64,000 nucleotides of DNA from a bacterium (GTDB lineage Bacteria > UBA8248), in NCBI GenBank assembly GCA_965221655.1, contig OZ244906.1:1136009-1200008 (forward strand), given 5' to 3'. A program made the translations under genes and the position numbers. This document shows positions 8,811 through 18,320 of this stretch, piece after piece (within the stretch, counting starts at the first letter, position 1; each line of letters opens with the position of its first letter). The notes under the pieces were generated by a model. The model searched no databases. It saw only the letters and a list, made by a program, of their open reading frames with translations, and had not been told where the DNA came from.

Positions 8811-10183
8811 CACATCCGGCCCACGAAGCGGCCGGGGCTCAAGGTGCACTTGGGGTCATATGTGCGCTTGATGCTTTGCATCACACGCAGTGCGGCGGGC
8901 GCGAGAGCATCCTCGCCCCAAAGCGGCATCTCTTCTTCCAGACCCTCCGGAGCGGCGTCCACCCGCAGGTGCACGGAGCGCGCGTTCCTTGCGTCCGCCC
9001 CCTGCCCGCACACGGAGGAAAAAGCCCGCCACGCCTCCATCGGCGAGGCTTCTCCGCCTTGCGGGGCGAGCCACGCCCGCAAGACGCCGCTGCCCGCGTG
9101 GGCGGAGAAGGCGCAGGCATATCCCCCCGCCCGGGCGGCTTCGTGCGCTGCCTCGGCGAAGAGCGGCAGTTGATCGAGGCGGCCCGACGCCCTGAGTGCG
9201 AGCACGCCGGGTGCCGAGAATGCGCCGCCGGGCGGGTCGGCCAGTGCGCGGCCCAGGTGCGCGGTCTGCGCGTCGTCGAGGCGCAACACCTCGCCGGCGC
9301 CCTGTTTCGCCAAAACGTCCTCAAAGCGGGAGAGCTGCTCCCCCAGACCCTGCTCGAAGTCCCCGAAGGAGACGGCGAGGGCCGCCGGGCCGGGCAGGAC
9401 GGTTTCCGGAGCGAGGGCGGCGATGCGTGCCTCATCCACCACCTCCACCCAAATCGGCGCGAGGGGCGAGGCCATGAGCTCCCGCGCGGCCTCAAGGGCG
9501 GCCTCTACCGACCGAAAAGCCGCCACCCGCGCCCCGATGCGCTCGGGAGCCTTGTAGAGGCGAATCGCCAACTCGGTGACGACCGCCAGCGTCCCCCAGC
9601 TTCCCGAGAGGAGGCGGTTCATGTCGTAGCCGGTTACGTTCTTCACCACCAGCGCGCCGTAGGTGTGGGTAGCGCCGTCGGCCAGAGCCACCTTCATGCG
9701 CATCACGCGGTCGCGCGCACGGCCCCACCGCACCCGCATGGGACCCGACCGCTCGGCGATGATGGTTCCCCCCACCGTGGAGGCCGCCGGATGCGGAGGG
9801 TCGAGACCCGCGGTCTGGCCCTCGGCGCGCGTGAGGGCGTCGAGGGCGTCGACGCTCATCCCCGCCTCGACCACGGCGGTTAAGTCGTCGCGCAAGAAAT
9901 CCACCGCCTTTGACATGCGCTCGAGCGAGAGCGCCACGTCGTAGCGCGCGGGCGCGTAGCCCGTCCGCCTGCCCGTACCCCCTCCCCAGGGGAAGACGGC
10001 CAGCTCCGCCTCGTTTGCACGCGCGAGAACGCGGCACACGGCTTCGTGATCTGCGGGAGCCGCCACCACCTCGGGCGCCTTGCCGCCGAGCCGAAACGCA
10101 TCTCTCCGCGAGTCGGAGAACAGGGCGGGGTCGCCCAGGTCCGCCTCCACCGATTGTGCGAAGGAGTCGAGCTTGAGGGCCAT
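8810..10183 (-). CDS. glcE: FAD-binding oxidoreductase, GlcE-like subunit
   Basis: 457 aa; FAD_binding_4-type N-terminal half (AVFPWGGGTGRRTGYAP...). Sits between the GlcD-like and GlcF-like genes. Confidence 0.7.
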   Translation of the reverse strand: MALKLDSFAQSVEADLGDPALFSDSRRDAFRLGGKAPEVVAAPADHEAVCRVLARANEAELAVFPWGGGTGRRTGYAPARYDVALSLERMSKAVDFLRDDLTAVVEAGMSVDALDALTRAEGQTAGLDPPHPAASTVGGTIIAERSGPMRVRWGRARDRVMRMKVALADGATHTYGALVVKNVTGYDMNRLLSGSWGTLAVVTELAIRLYKAPERIGARVAAFRSVEAALEAARELMASPLAPIWVEVVDEARIAALAPETVLPGPAALAVSFGDFEQGLGEQLSRFEDVLAKQGAGEVLRLDDAQTAHLGRALADPPGGAFSAPGVLALRASGRLDQLPLFAEAAHEAARAGGYACAFSAHAGSGVLRAWLAPQGGEASPMEAWRAFSSVCGQGADARNARSVHLRVDAAPEGLEEEMPLWGEDALAPAALRVMQSIKRTYDPKCTLSPGRFVGRM

Positions 10184-10190
10184 GGCGCTC

Positions 10191-11636
10191 CTACTTCGTC
10201 ATTCCGCCGCCCATGCGGGCGACGCCCGCGCCCAGGGCGATGGGGAAAACGTTCTCCTCGTCAGGTATCAGCTTGCCGGGGTTCATCAACCCCTCCTCGT
10301 CGATGGCGTCGCGCATCCCCTCCATGATGCCGAGCGTCGCCTCGTCGAACTGATCCTTCATCTCGCGAATCTTCTCGATGCCGATGCCGTGCTCGCCCGA
10401 GAGCACGCCGCCCGCGCGAATGCAGGCGCGCAGCACCTCCGCACCGCATTCGACGGCCCGCTCGGTCTCGCCGGGCACGCCGTCGTCGAAGAGCACGTTG
10501 GGGTGGAGGCTGCCGTCGCCCGCGTGGAACACGTTGGTGATGCGCAAGTCGAAACGCGCGGCGATTTCGTCGAACTCCTCCAGCACCTGGGCCAGCTTCG
10601 AGCGCGGCACCGTGCCGTCCAGGCAATAGTAGGCGGGCGCAATCACCCCGAAGGCGCCGAACGCCTTCTTGCGCCCCAGCCACAACCCCTCGCGCTCCTC
10701 TTCGGTTTGCGCCACCCGGAACGAGGAGCAACCGTTCTTCTCGCTTATCTCTCGAATCAGCGCCTCGAGCGGAGCGATGGAGGACGGCAAGCCGTCGAGT
10801 TCGATAAGCAGGACGGCCTCTGCGTCCTGGGGATAGCCCGCCTGCACCACCGCCTCTATCGCCTCGATGGTATAGCGATCCATGAGCTCCATCGCGGCGG
10901 GCACGGCCCCTGCGGCGATGACGTCGCTCACCGTCCGGCAGGCGTCCCCCACCCGGGAGAAGCACGCCAGCATGGTGCGCACGCTCTCGGGGTTCGGCGT
11001 AAGGCGCACGGTGAGCTCGGTGATAATGGCGAAAGTGCCCTCCGAGCCGATGAACAACCCCCGCAGGTCGAAGCCGGGCGCCTCCTCCCCGTCCGCGCCG
11101 AGGCGCACCACATCGCCCGTGGGCAGAACGACGACCATCTCCAGGATGTGGTTCGTCGTCATGCCGTACTTGAGACAATGCGCTCCGCCAGAGTTTTCCG
11201 CCGCGTTGCCGCCGATGGTGCACGCCGCCTGGCTCGAGGGGTCGGGCGCGTAGTGGAAGCCGTGCGGCAGGGTTTCGTGCGAGAGATGGAGGTTCACCAC
11301 CCCGGGCTGCACGCGGGCGAGGCGGTTTTCGTAGTCGAGTTCCAGAATCCGGTTCATCCGCGTGAAGACGACGAGCACGCCGCCCGGGCGCGGCGTCGCC
11401 CCGCCCGAGAGACCCGTGCCCGCTCCCCTTGCGATGACGGGCACGCGATATTCGCGGCAGATTTCGACGACGCGCCGCACCTCCTCGGTGCTCTCGGGCA
11501 GCACCACCGCCGAGGGCACGCCCTTGTAGATGGTGAGTCCGTCGCAGTCGTAGGTGCGCAGCGCCACCGGATCGGTATGGATGAACTCCTCGCCCACGAC
11601 CTCGGTCAGCCGTCGAACGAATGCGGCGTTGTCCAT
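10191..11636 (-). CDS. glcD: FAD-linked oxidase, glycolate oxidase subunit GlcD-like
   Basis: 481 aa; ...VLPESTEEVRRVVEICREYRVPVIARGAGTGLSGGATP... (FAD-binding PCMH-type); ends with a C-terminal oxidase domain. Confidence 0.8.
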   Translation of the reverse strand: MDNAAFVRRLTEVVGEEFIHTDPVALRTYDCDGLTIYKGVPSAVVLPESTEEVRRVVEICREYRVPVIARGAGTGLSGGATPRPGGVLVVFTRMNRILELDYENRLARVQPGVVNLHLSHETLPHGFHYAPDPSSQAACTIGGNAAENSGGAHCLKYGMTTNHILEMVVVLPTGDVVRLGADGEEAPGFDLRGLFIGSEGTFAIITELTVRLTPNPESVRTMLACFSRVGDACRTVSDVIAAGAVPAAMELMDRYTIEAIEAVVQAGYPQDAEAVLLIELDGLPSSIAPLEALIREISEKNGCSSFRVAQTEEEREGLWLGRKKAFGAFGVIAPAYYCLDGTVPRSKLAQVLEEFDEIAARFDLRITNVFHAGDGSLHPNVLFDDGVPGETERAVECGAEVLRACIRAGGVLSGEHGIGIEKIREMKDQFDEATLGIMEGMRDAIDEEGLMNPGKLIPDEENVFPIALGAGVARMGGGMTK

Positions 11637-11743
11637 CCCGAGCCCCCTCGACGCTTCCTCAAAAGCCCGAAAACCATTAGAGTGGCGGCATTGGCGACAT
11701 TATACCCATGCTTGCGAAAAAATCGAACGGAAGGGCGAACTCC

Positions 11744-13033
11744 TTGACCGGATTCTCTGGCCCGCCTGCGGGCCGCGCCGCCGGGGGCGGCATCTACTAC
11801 GGATGGGTAATCGTCGGCCTCTCGTTCGCCACCATGGCCTTTCACATGTCGGCCACGTTCTCCTTCTCCCTCTTCCAGGTTCCCCTCATCGAGGAGTTCG
11901 GCTGGAGCCGGGGCGCACTGGGCGGTGCGTTCGCCCTGGCCATGAGCCTCTACGCCGTTTGCAGCCCCAAGGCGGGCGCCGTTCTGGACAAAAAGGGCCC
12001 GAGGGCGGTCATCCCCTGGGGTTCGCTCGCCATCGGCGCCGGGCTGGCGCTCGCCTTCTTCATCTCCTCGCTTTGGCACGTCTATCTCTTCATCGGCGTG
12101 TTGCTCGGGGTGGGTCTCGCCCTGAGCGGCTTCGTTACCCACAACGCCCTCATGCCGAGGTGGTTTTTGCGAAACCGCGGCCTCGCGACGGGCATCGCCA
12201 TCTCGGGCATCGGCATCGGCTCGTTCATCCTGATGCCCGCGGTCGAGCGGCTCATCGCCCTTTTCGGGTGGCGCTACGCCTATCTCATCTTCGGGGGGTC
12301 GATACTCCTCGTCATCCTGCCCCTCAAACTGCTCCTGCTCAGAAACCACCCCGAAGACGTGGGCCAGCACCTGGACGGCGCGCCTGAGGCCGCCGCACCT
12401 CCGCTGCCCGCCTCCTCGCATTCGCGCGACGTGCGCGCGGTGTTCTTAGAGGTAAAGCGGGACAAAAACTTCTGGGCGCTGATGCTCATCGTCTTCGTCA
12501 TCGGCCTGAACAACAACTCCATCTGGAGCCAGCTCCAGATATACCTCATCGACGCGCAGTTCAGCAGCGCGTTCGGTGCTTTCGTCTTCGGCCTGACGGG
12601 GGCGATTCGTATTCTCGGCAGCGTGGTCATGGGCTGGGCGAGCGACTACATGGACAGAAGGCACGCCCAGTCCATCTCGATCTTTCTGGGAGGCGTGGGC
12701 GTCGTGGTGCTGCTCCTGGTGCCCTACGCGGGCGGCGGTGCCGCCGCCTTCGCGTTCGCCGCCGTCTACGGCTTCGGCGTGGGCGGCATGTCCACCTGCC
12801 ACGCCGCCATGTGCGCGGACGCCTATGGAGGACGCTCGTTCGGCGCCATCATGGGTCTGCTGGAAATTTGCTTCGGCCTGGGCGGCTTCATCGGTCCGCC
12901 GATGGCGGGCTTCATGTTCGACTACACGGGCAGCTACCTTCTGCCCTTCTCCATCGTCGTAGCCGCCCAGGCAGCGGCGCTCCTCGTCTGCCTTTTCCTC
13001 TACGACACCAAACGGCGAGCACCCGCGCTGTGA
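11744..13033 (+). CDS. MFS transporter (possibly oxalate/formate-antiporter-like or monocarboxylate type)
   Basis: Twelve predicted hydrophobic helices. Start placed at TTG 11744 behind RBS GGAAGGG. The track's ATG 11708 is an alternative but would lie only ~5 nt after a -10-like TTATAC. Confidence 0.7.
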   Translation: MTGFSGPPAGRAAGGGIYYGWVIVGLSFATMAFHMSATFSFSLFQVPLIEEFGWSRGALGGAFALAMSLYAVCSPKAGAVLDKKGPRAVIPWGSLAIGAGLALAFFISSLWHVYLFIGVLLGVGLALSGFVTHNALMPRWFLRNRGLATGIAISGIGIGSFILMPAVERLIALFGWRYAYLIFGGSILLVILPLKLLLLRNHPEDVGQHLDGAPEAAAPPLPASSHSRDVRAVFLEVKRDKNFWALMLIVFVIGLNNNSIWSQLQIYLIDAQFSSAFGAFVFGLTGAIRILGSVVMGWASDYMDRRHAQSISIFLGGVGVVVLLLVPYAGGGAAAFAFAAVYGFGVGGMSTCHAAMCADAYGGRSFGAIMGLLEICFGLGGFIGPPMAGFMFDYTGSYLLPFSIVVAAQAAALLVCLFLYDTKRRAPAL

Positions 13034-14307
13034 GGCAAAAAAGTGCCGCGCCGTCCTGGCTCTACTACGGATGGGTAATTGTCGCCACGTCTTTCATCGC
13101 CATGGCGTTTCACCAGACGGCGCGCTTTTCCTTCTCCATCTTTCAGGTTCCGCTCATCGCCGAGTTCGGCTGGGGGCGCGGCGCACTGGGCGGAGCCTAC
13201 GCCCTGATGCTGGGCAGCTACGCGGTGTTCAGCCCCTTTGCGGGCAACCTCTTCGACAAAAAAGGCGCGCGCGCGATCATGCCCTGGGGGTCGGTGTTCG
13301 TGGGCACGGGTTTCGTGCTTGCCTATTTCATCAGCGAAATCTGGCACGTCTACCTCGTACCCTGCCTGTTCGTGGGGGTCGGCATGGCACTGAGCGGCTT
13401 CGCCCTGCACAGCGCCCTCATGCCCCAGTGGTTTCAGAAAAAGCGCGGCCTCGCCACGGGGCTCGCACTCTCGGGCAGCGGAACGGGCATCCTGATCTTC
13501 ATACCGCTCATCGAGTGGTCCATCGCCACGCGGGGCTGGCGCCTCACGTTCCTCGTCTTCGGCCTGATCGTGCTGGCCCTGGTCGTCCCGCTGACGGCGC
13601 TTTTGCTCAGACGCGGACCCCAGGAGGTGGGGCAGAACGTGGACGGAGAACCACACCCCCCCGCCGACGCGCCCGCAAACCCTGCCCCCAAATCGTCCAA
13701 CCTCCCCTTGCTCCGGGTGTTTCGCCAGGTATACCGGGAGAAGAACTTCTGGACGCTGTTGATCGTCGTCTTCTTCATCGGGCTGAACAACAACTCGGTG
13801 CTGAGCCAACTGCAGCTCTACCTGGTCGACGCCGAATACGCCACGGCCACGGCGGCCTTTTTCTTCGGGATGCTGGGGGCGATTCGGATGCTGGGCACCT
13901 TTCTCGTGGGCTGGGTGAGCGACTTCATCGGCAGACAGCGCGCCCAGGCGCTCTCCTCGTTCGTCTCAGTGTGCGGAATCGCGATTCTGCTCTCCATCCC
14001 CCACGCCTCCTCGAAAATACTGATGGGGTGGGCCTTCATTCTCGTCTACGGAATCGGCCTGGGCGGGATGAGCGTGTGCCACTCCTCCATGTCGGCGGAT
14101 GCGTTCAGAGGCCCCTCCTTCGGGGCCACCATCGGGCTACTCGAGATTTTCTTCGGCCTGGGGGGCTTCATCGGTCCGCCGCTGGCGGGCTTCATCTTCG
14201 ACTACACGGGAAGCTACATGATTCCCTTCGTGGGGATAGGGGCGGGTCTCGTGGCGTGCATCTTCATGTGCCTGTTCGTCTACGAACCACCGCGCACGCG
14301 CATCTGA
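13030..14307 (+). CDS. MFS transporter, tandem paralog of the preceding gene
   Basis: About 40-50% identical to the upstream MFS (shared YYGWVIV...SFS.FQVPLI.EFGW.RGALGGA...GGF.GPP.AGF.FDYTGSY). GTG 13030 overlaps the upstream TGA (GTGA). The track's 12811 start is an overlap artefact. Confidence 0.75.
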   Translation: MRQKSAAPSWLYYGWVIVATSFIAMAFHQTARFSFSIFQVPLIAEFGWGRGALGGAYALMLGSYAVFSPFAGNLFDKKGARAIMPWGSVFVGTGFVLAYFISEIWHVYLVPCLFVGVGMALSGFALHSALMPQWFQKKRGLATGLALSGSGTGILIFIPLIEWSIATRGWRLTFLVFGLIVLALVVPLTALLLRRGPQEVGQNVDGEPHPPADAPANPAPKSSNLPLLRVFRQVYREKNFWTLLIVVFFIGLNNNSVLSQLQLYLVDAEYATATAAFFFGMLGAIRMLGTFLVGWVSDFIGRQRAQALSSFVSVCGIAILLSIPHASSKILMGWAFILVYGIGLGGMSVCHSSMSADAFRGPSFGATIGLLEIFFGLGGFIGPPLAGFIFDYTGSYMIPFVGIGAGLVACIFMCLFVYEPPRTRI

Positions 14308-14311
14308 AGAA

Positions 14312-15157
14312 TCAGAAGGGTCTGGCCAGGGTGTCGAGCACCGAGAGGGCCTTTGCCCCGTCTCCCTCGATGCGCAGACGACCCGCGCTTTCCAGATCCT
14401 CAAGGCGCGCGCGGCCCGTGGTGAGCAGCACCAGGTCGCTCCCCCCGCACGCAATGCGCGCGTCGCACTCCGCAGCGTCCGAAACCTCGGCCCGCCCCTG
14501 CGCAACGCGCAGCGTCCACGCGCGCGCAGGGGTGCGCGTCTCGAAGCGCACGGAGGCGCTCAGCCCCGCATCCCCGCGCGCGCCGAAGAAGATGACGAAA
14601 CGCTCCGGCAGACACTCCACGGCCAGGGACAGCGTATCCGCGGGCAAGTCGTCGTTCGGGCGGTTTTGCACGTCCCAATCGTGGAGAATCAACTCATACA
14701 GCCTTTGGCCGGGAAAGGTGCGAATCGGGCACGGCGCGAGCCAGTGCCAGGCGTTCTTCTCCAGGTCCTCGGGTGCTACGCCCTCGAAAACTTCTTGTAA
14801 CCGCCACACTGCCTCGGCGAAGGCGTCCGTGCGCGCATCGCCGGAAAGAGCAGCAAGCTCCTCCCCCACTTTCTCTCGATACGCCCAGAACGATTCCGGA
14901 TCGGTGGCGCCGAAGGGCATCTCCAGGCGGCCCGCCGCACCGGCGGGAATGACGTGCGCGTAAAAGCGCGCCCCCAGCGTCATGTGCGCCACCACGTCGG
15001 CGACGTTCCAGCCCGGACACAGGGTGGATGCGCGCCACTGCTGCGCGTCCAGAGAGCGCAGGCGCGCGATGAAGCGGTGGTTCTCCTCACGCACGCAGTC
15101 TATGACGCGAGAGAGAAAATCACTCGTCTCCGAGCCCCGCTCGCCCAAGGAGCGCAC
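14312..15157 (-). CDS. DinB/maleylpyruvate-isomerase-N-terminal-domain (mycothiol-dependent-enzyme-like) family protein
   Basis: 281 aa; N-terminal ...RSLDAQQWRASTLCPGWNVADVVAHMTLGARFY... matches the MDMPI_N/DinB_2 four-helix metal-binding domain family. Confidence 0.55.
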   Translation of the reverse strand: MRSLGERGSETSDFLSRVIDCVREENHRFIARLRSLDAQQWRASTLCPGWNVADVVAHMTLGARFYAHVIPAGAAGRLEMPFGATDPESFWAYREKVGEELAALSGDARTDAFAEAVWRLQEVFEGVAPEDLEKNAWHWLAPCPIRTFPGQRLYELILHDWDVQNRPNDDLPADTLSLAVECLPERFVIFFGARGDAGLSASVRFETRTPARAWTLRVAQGRAEVSDAAECDARIACGGSDLVLLTTGRARLEDLESAGRLRIEGDGAKALSVLDTLARPF

Positions 15158-15193
15158 CTCCGCGCATGGAGAGAAAAGACGAACAATGGAGGG

Positions 15194-16246
15194 TCATAAA
15201 GGCATGGCCACGCCGAGTTCCTCGGCGATTTGCGCAACCTGCTCCCACACGCCCCCGCCGATGGGAATCCCCGCGCGCAGCCTGCGTTCCTTCTCCCTGT
15301 AGCTGCGCTCGCCGGGTACGCGAATCTCCTCGACGCCCGGTGCCCGGCGCGTCGCCTTCACCTCGGCGACGTGGGCGTCCACCATCTCGCGAAACACCCC
15401 CGGGTCCCCGAACGCGGCGGGGTCGATGGCGATGAACAAATCGCCCTTGTCGTAGTGCCCCTCGCGCACGGACTCGCTGAGCGGCTTGCCGACCTTGGCC
15501 CCCAGCAGCGGCCCCGCCAGCAACCCGATCACCAGGCTCAAACCGTAGCCCTTGTGGTCCCCGAAGGGAGCGACCGCACCCGCCGCGGCCGTTTTCGCGT
15601 CGGTGGTCGGCTCGCCGTCGGGTCCCACCGCTACGCCTGCCGGAATCGACTCGCCGGTTACGCTCGCCTTGAGGATCATCCCGAAGGGAATGGCGCTCGT
15701 AGCGAAATCGAGCAAAACCGGTGCGTCCCCGCTTGTGGGCACGGCGACGGAAAAGGGGTTTGTGCCCAAAAGGCGCTCCACCCCCCCGTAGGGATGCACA
15801 AGCGGCTGCGTCACGCCCGCGACGATGCCCACGCAGCCCGCGCGCGCGATGCGCTCGGCGTAGTAGCCCGTCATGCAGATGTGATCGCTGTTCACGACGC
15901 CCACCGTGCACGAGCCCGCGCGCTCGGCCTTTCGCGCCGCGAGGCTCGCACCGTAGGTCGCGCCCACGGGGCCCATCGCGCGGTCGCCCTCCACCAGCGC
16001 CGTCGCCTCGCGCTCGTCCACGACGCGGGGGGCGGCGCGGGCGTTTATCATCCCGCTCTGGATTCTGCGAATCATGTTCGGCAGGCGAAGCAACCCGTGG
16101 GTGGAGTAGCCCCTGAGGTCCGCTTCGATCAACACGTCCGCCGTCGTCATGGACTGTTCGTGCGAACAGCCCGCGGCGGCCAGAATGCGCTCCATCAGAT
16201 CGCGCAGGGCGTCCGCGTTGAGGACGCGCTCGGTGCTTTCATTCAT
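15194..16246 (-). CDS. Ldh family oxidoreductase (malate/L-lactate dehydrogenase family 2)
   Basis: 350 aa; ...LRGYSTHGLLRLPNMIRRIQSG...GTNPFSVAVP...APFGDHKGYGLSLVIGLLAG... are Ldh_2 signatures. Confidence 0.8.
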   Translation of the reverse strand: MNESTERVLNADALRDLMERILAAAGCSHEQSMTTADVLIEADLRGYSTHGLLRLPNMIRRIQSGMINARAAPRVVDEREATALVEGDRAMGPVGATYGASLAARKAERAGSCTVGVVNSDHICMTGYYAERIARAGCVGIVAGVTQPLVHPYGGVERLLGTNPFSVAVPTSGDAPVLLDFATSAIPFGMILKASVTGESIPAGVAVGPDGEPTTDAKTAAAGAVAPFGDHKGYGLSLVIGLLAGPLLGAKVGKPLSESVREGHYDKGDLFIAIDPAAFGDPGVFREMVDAHVAEVKATRRAPGVEEIRVPGERSYREKERRLRAGIPIGGGVWEQVAQIAEELGVAMPL

Positions 16247-16277
16247 GCGTCAAACATCCTTCTTGGGGGAGCGGGCA

Positions 16278-16787
16278 CTAGAAGTCGGGGGTCGGGGCGG
16301 AGACGCTTGGCTTCGTCACGCGCATCATCCAGCAGTAGATTTCGATGCGGTTGCCGTCGGGGTCGAGGAAGTAGAACGCATGGCTCCCGCTCCCGCCGAT
16401 GAAGCCGTTCTCGTCCAGCCCCTCGTGGGCGTGGACGTAGGGACCCGCGACGAACTCCACCCCGCAGGACTTCACGTGCTCCTGGGCGTTCAGCCAGTCC
16501 TCGCGCCTGTCCACCTCGAAGGCGACGTGGTGGAGACCCACGTCGGTGCGGTGCTCGGAGTCCGCCGTCGTGACGCCCGCCTTCACGGCGTCCTCGGGCA
16601 GCTCAAACAGGACGAGGGTATGGTGCCTCTCCGCGCAGCGCATGAAGCAAATCGGGCGAAAGAAGTCGGGCGGCCCCCACTTGCCCGTCAGTTTCAGACC
16701 CAGCACCTTGCGGTAGAACTCGATGGAGCGCTCCACGTCGCTCACGTGAATGCCTATGTGCCCCAGCCGCGCGATGTTGCAACCCAT
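16278..16787 (-). CDS. VOC family protein (glyoxalase/bleomycin resistance/extradiol dioxygenase fold)
   Basis: MGCNIARLGHIGIHVSDVERSIEFYRKVLGL...HHVAFEV.... Start at ATG 16787 behind AGGGAGAAAGG. The track's upstream ATG 16910 is less likely. Confidence 0.7.
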   Translation of the reverse strand: MGCNIARLGHIGIHVSDVERSIEFYRKVLGLKLTGKWGPPDFFRPICFMRCAERHHTLVLFELPEDAVKAGVTTADSEHRTDVGLHHVAFEVDRREDWLNAQEHVKSCGVEFVAGPYVHAHEGLDENGFIGGSGSHAFYFLDPDGNRIEIYCWMMRVTKPSVSAPTPDF

Positions 16788-16924
16788 GCCTTTCTCCCTG
16801 AAAGCGAACCGGATGCAGAAAAAATCGTTTGCCTCGAAGAGGCCGGCATCATACCATGCGCGCGCGAGGGTTCGCATCGAGTCCACCCCCTGGTGGACGC
16901 CGTCTTTCATGAAAGGTTAGGCGC

Positions 16925-17740
16925 ATGTTTCGAAAAAGAGGGTTTGCGGCGATAGCGTTTCTGGGCGCGGGCATGCTCGCGGGCGCCTTGTGGCTTCCTC
17001 CCGCGGGCGGCGACGCCGGGGCGACACCCCCCTCCCCGCAGGCGAGCCAGGCGGCCGCACCTGCAGCCCAGTTAGTGGCGCAAAACCTCGAGAGAAAGCG
17101 CATCGAACAAATCGTGCGCGAATACCTCATCCAAAACCCCGAGGTGCTCGTGGAAGCGATGCAGGCTCTCGAGGCCAAGCGCAACGCCCAGCGCGCGGCG
17201 GAGGCGCAAGTCTCCATTCGACGCAACAAGGCGCGCATCTACGCCGACCCCGAAGACCCCGTGGGCGGAAATCCACGCGGGGACGTGACCATCGTCGAGT
17301 TCTTCGACTACCGCTGCGGCTTCTGCAAGCGGGTGGCCCCGACGGTGGAGGAAGCCCTCGCCAAAGACGGGAAAATTCGCCTCGTCTACAAGGAGTTCCC
17401 CGTCCTCGGACCGCCTTCGGTGCTGGCTGCACGCGCGGCACTCGCCTCAAAGGCACAGGGGAAGTACCTGGCGTTTCACAAGGCGCTGATGGAGGCGCGC
17501 ATCTCTTTCGATGAGGCGAGCATCATCAAGCTCGCGGCACGGGTGGGCATCGACACGTCTCGCCTGCAAAAGGACATGCGCTCGCCCCGCGTTCAGGCCG
17601 CCATCGACAAAAACCGCGCCCTGGCGCGCACGCTCGGCATACGCGGCACGCCCGCCTTCATCGTCGGGGAGAAGCTGTTCCCCGGCGCGGTCTCGGCGGA
17701 GCAACTCGAGCGCATGATTCGCGAGGCGCGGGGCGGCTGA
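16925..17740 (+). CDS. DsbA family thiol:disulfide oxidoreductase (secreted)
   Basis: Signal peptide (AAIAFLGAGMLAGALWLPPAGG) and thioredoxin-fold CGFC active site (VEFFDYRCGFCKRVAP). Confidence 0.8.
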   Translation: MFRKRGFAAIAFLGAGMLAGALWLPPAGGDAGATPPSPQASQAAAPAAQLVAQNLERKRIEQIVREYLIQNPEVLVEAMQALEAKRNAQRAAEAQVSIRRNKARIYADPEDPVGGNPRGDVTIVEFFDYRCGFCKRVAPTVEEALAKDGKIRLVYKEFPVLGPPSVLAARAALASKAQGKYLAFHKALMEARISFDEASIIKLAARVGIDTSRLQKDMRSPRVQAAIDKNRALARTLGIRGTPAFIVGEKLFPGAVSAEQLERMIREARGG

Positions 17741-17787
17741 CGCGCACAAAGGCCCGGAGGCGAACCCCGGGCCTTTTCTCCCCAAAT

Positions 17788-18240
17788 TCAATCTACGACG
17801 GTCGAACCCATCAGCTTCCTGCGGTAGTCCCACCATTTCCACTTTCTGGGCGTCATCGTTACGCGCACGCGGATTTTCTGCGCAATGGGCGTATTCACGT
17901 AGTTCGCCCACATCTCGGGGCCGAAGAAGTGATCCACCACGCTCTTGAGCCCCTCGTGGTCGGTGCCCATCTCTTCGGACACCTGCGCCTGCCCCTCCAC
18001 GACGACGGCGCGGAAGGGAGCCTCGGCGTCGTCGATGCAAATCGAAAACGCGGGGTTTCGCTGCAGGTTGCGCACCGAGACCGAATCCGACCCCGTGCTG
18101 ATGAAGAAGCTCCCCTCTGTGGGGTCGAACAGATACAAAAGCGGCACCACGTGCGGCGAGCCGTCCGCGTTCGTGGTGGCGATTCTCGCCATGTGCGGTT
18201 CCATCAAGAATTCGTCCATCTCTCTGGGACGCTCGGCCAT
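17788..18240 (-). CDS. pyridoxamine 5'-phosphate oxidase (PPOX-class) family protein
   Basis: MAERPREMDEFLMEPHMARIATTNADGSPHVVPLLYLFDPTEGSFFISTG...: the FMN-binding split-barrel N-terminal pattern. RBS GGGAGGAG sits ahead of ATG 18240. Confidence 0.65.
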   Translation of the reverse strand: MAERPREMDEFLMEPHMARIATTNADGSPHVVPLLYLFDPTEGSFFISTGSDSVSVRNLQRNPAFSICIDDAEAPFRAVVVEGQAQVSEEMGTDHEGLKSVVDHFFGPEMWANYVNTPIAQKIRVRVTMTPRKWKWWDYRRKLMGSTVVD

Positions 18241-18320
18241 GTCTTCTCCTCCCTGAATAAAGGCCTGGTTCCGAACCTCGCTGCCGCCTCGCAACCCAAA
18301 GCCCGAGACGGCCCACTCCC

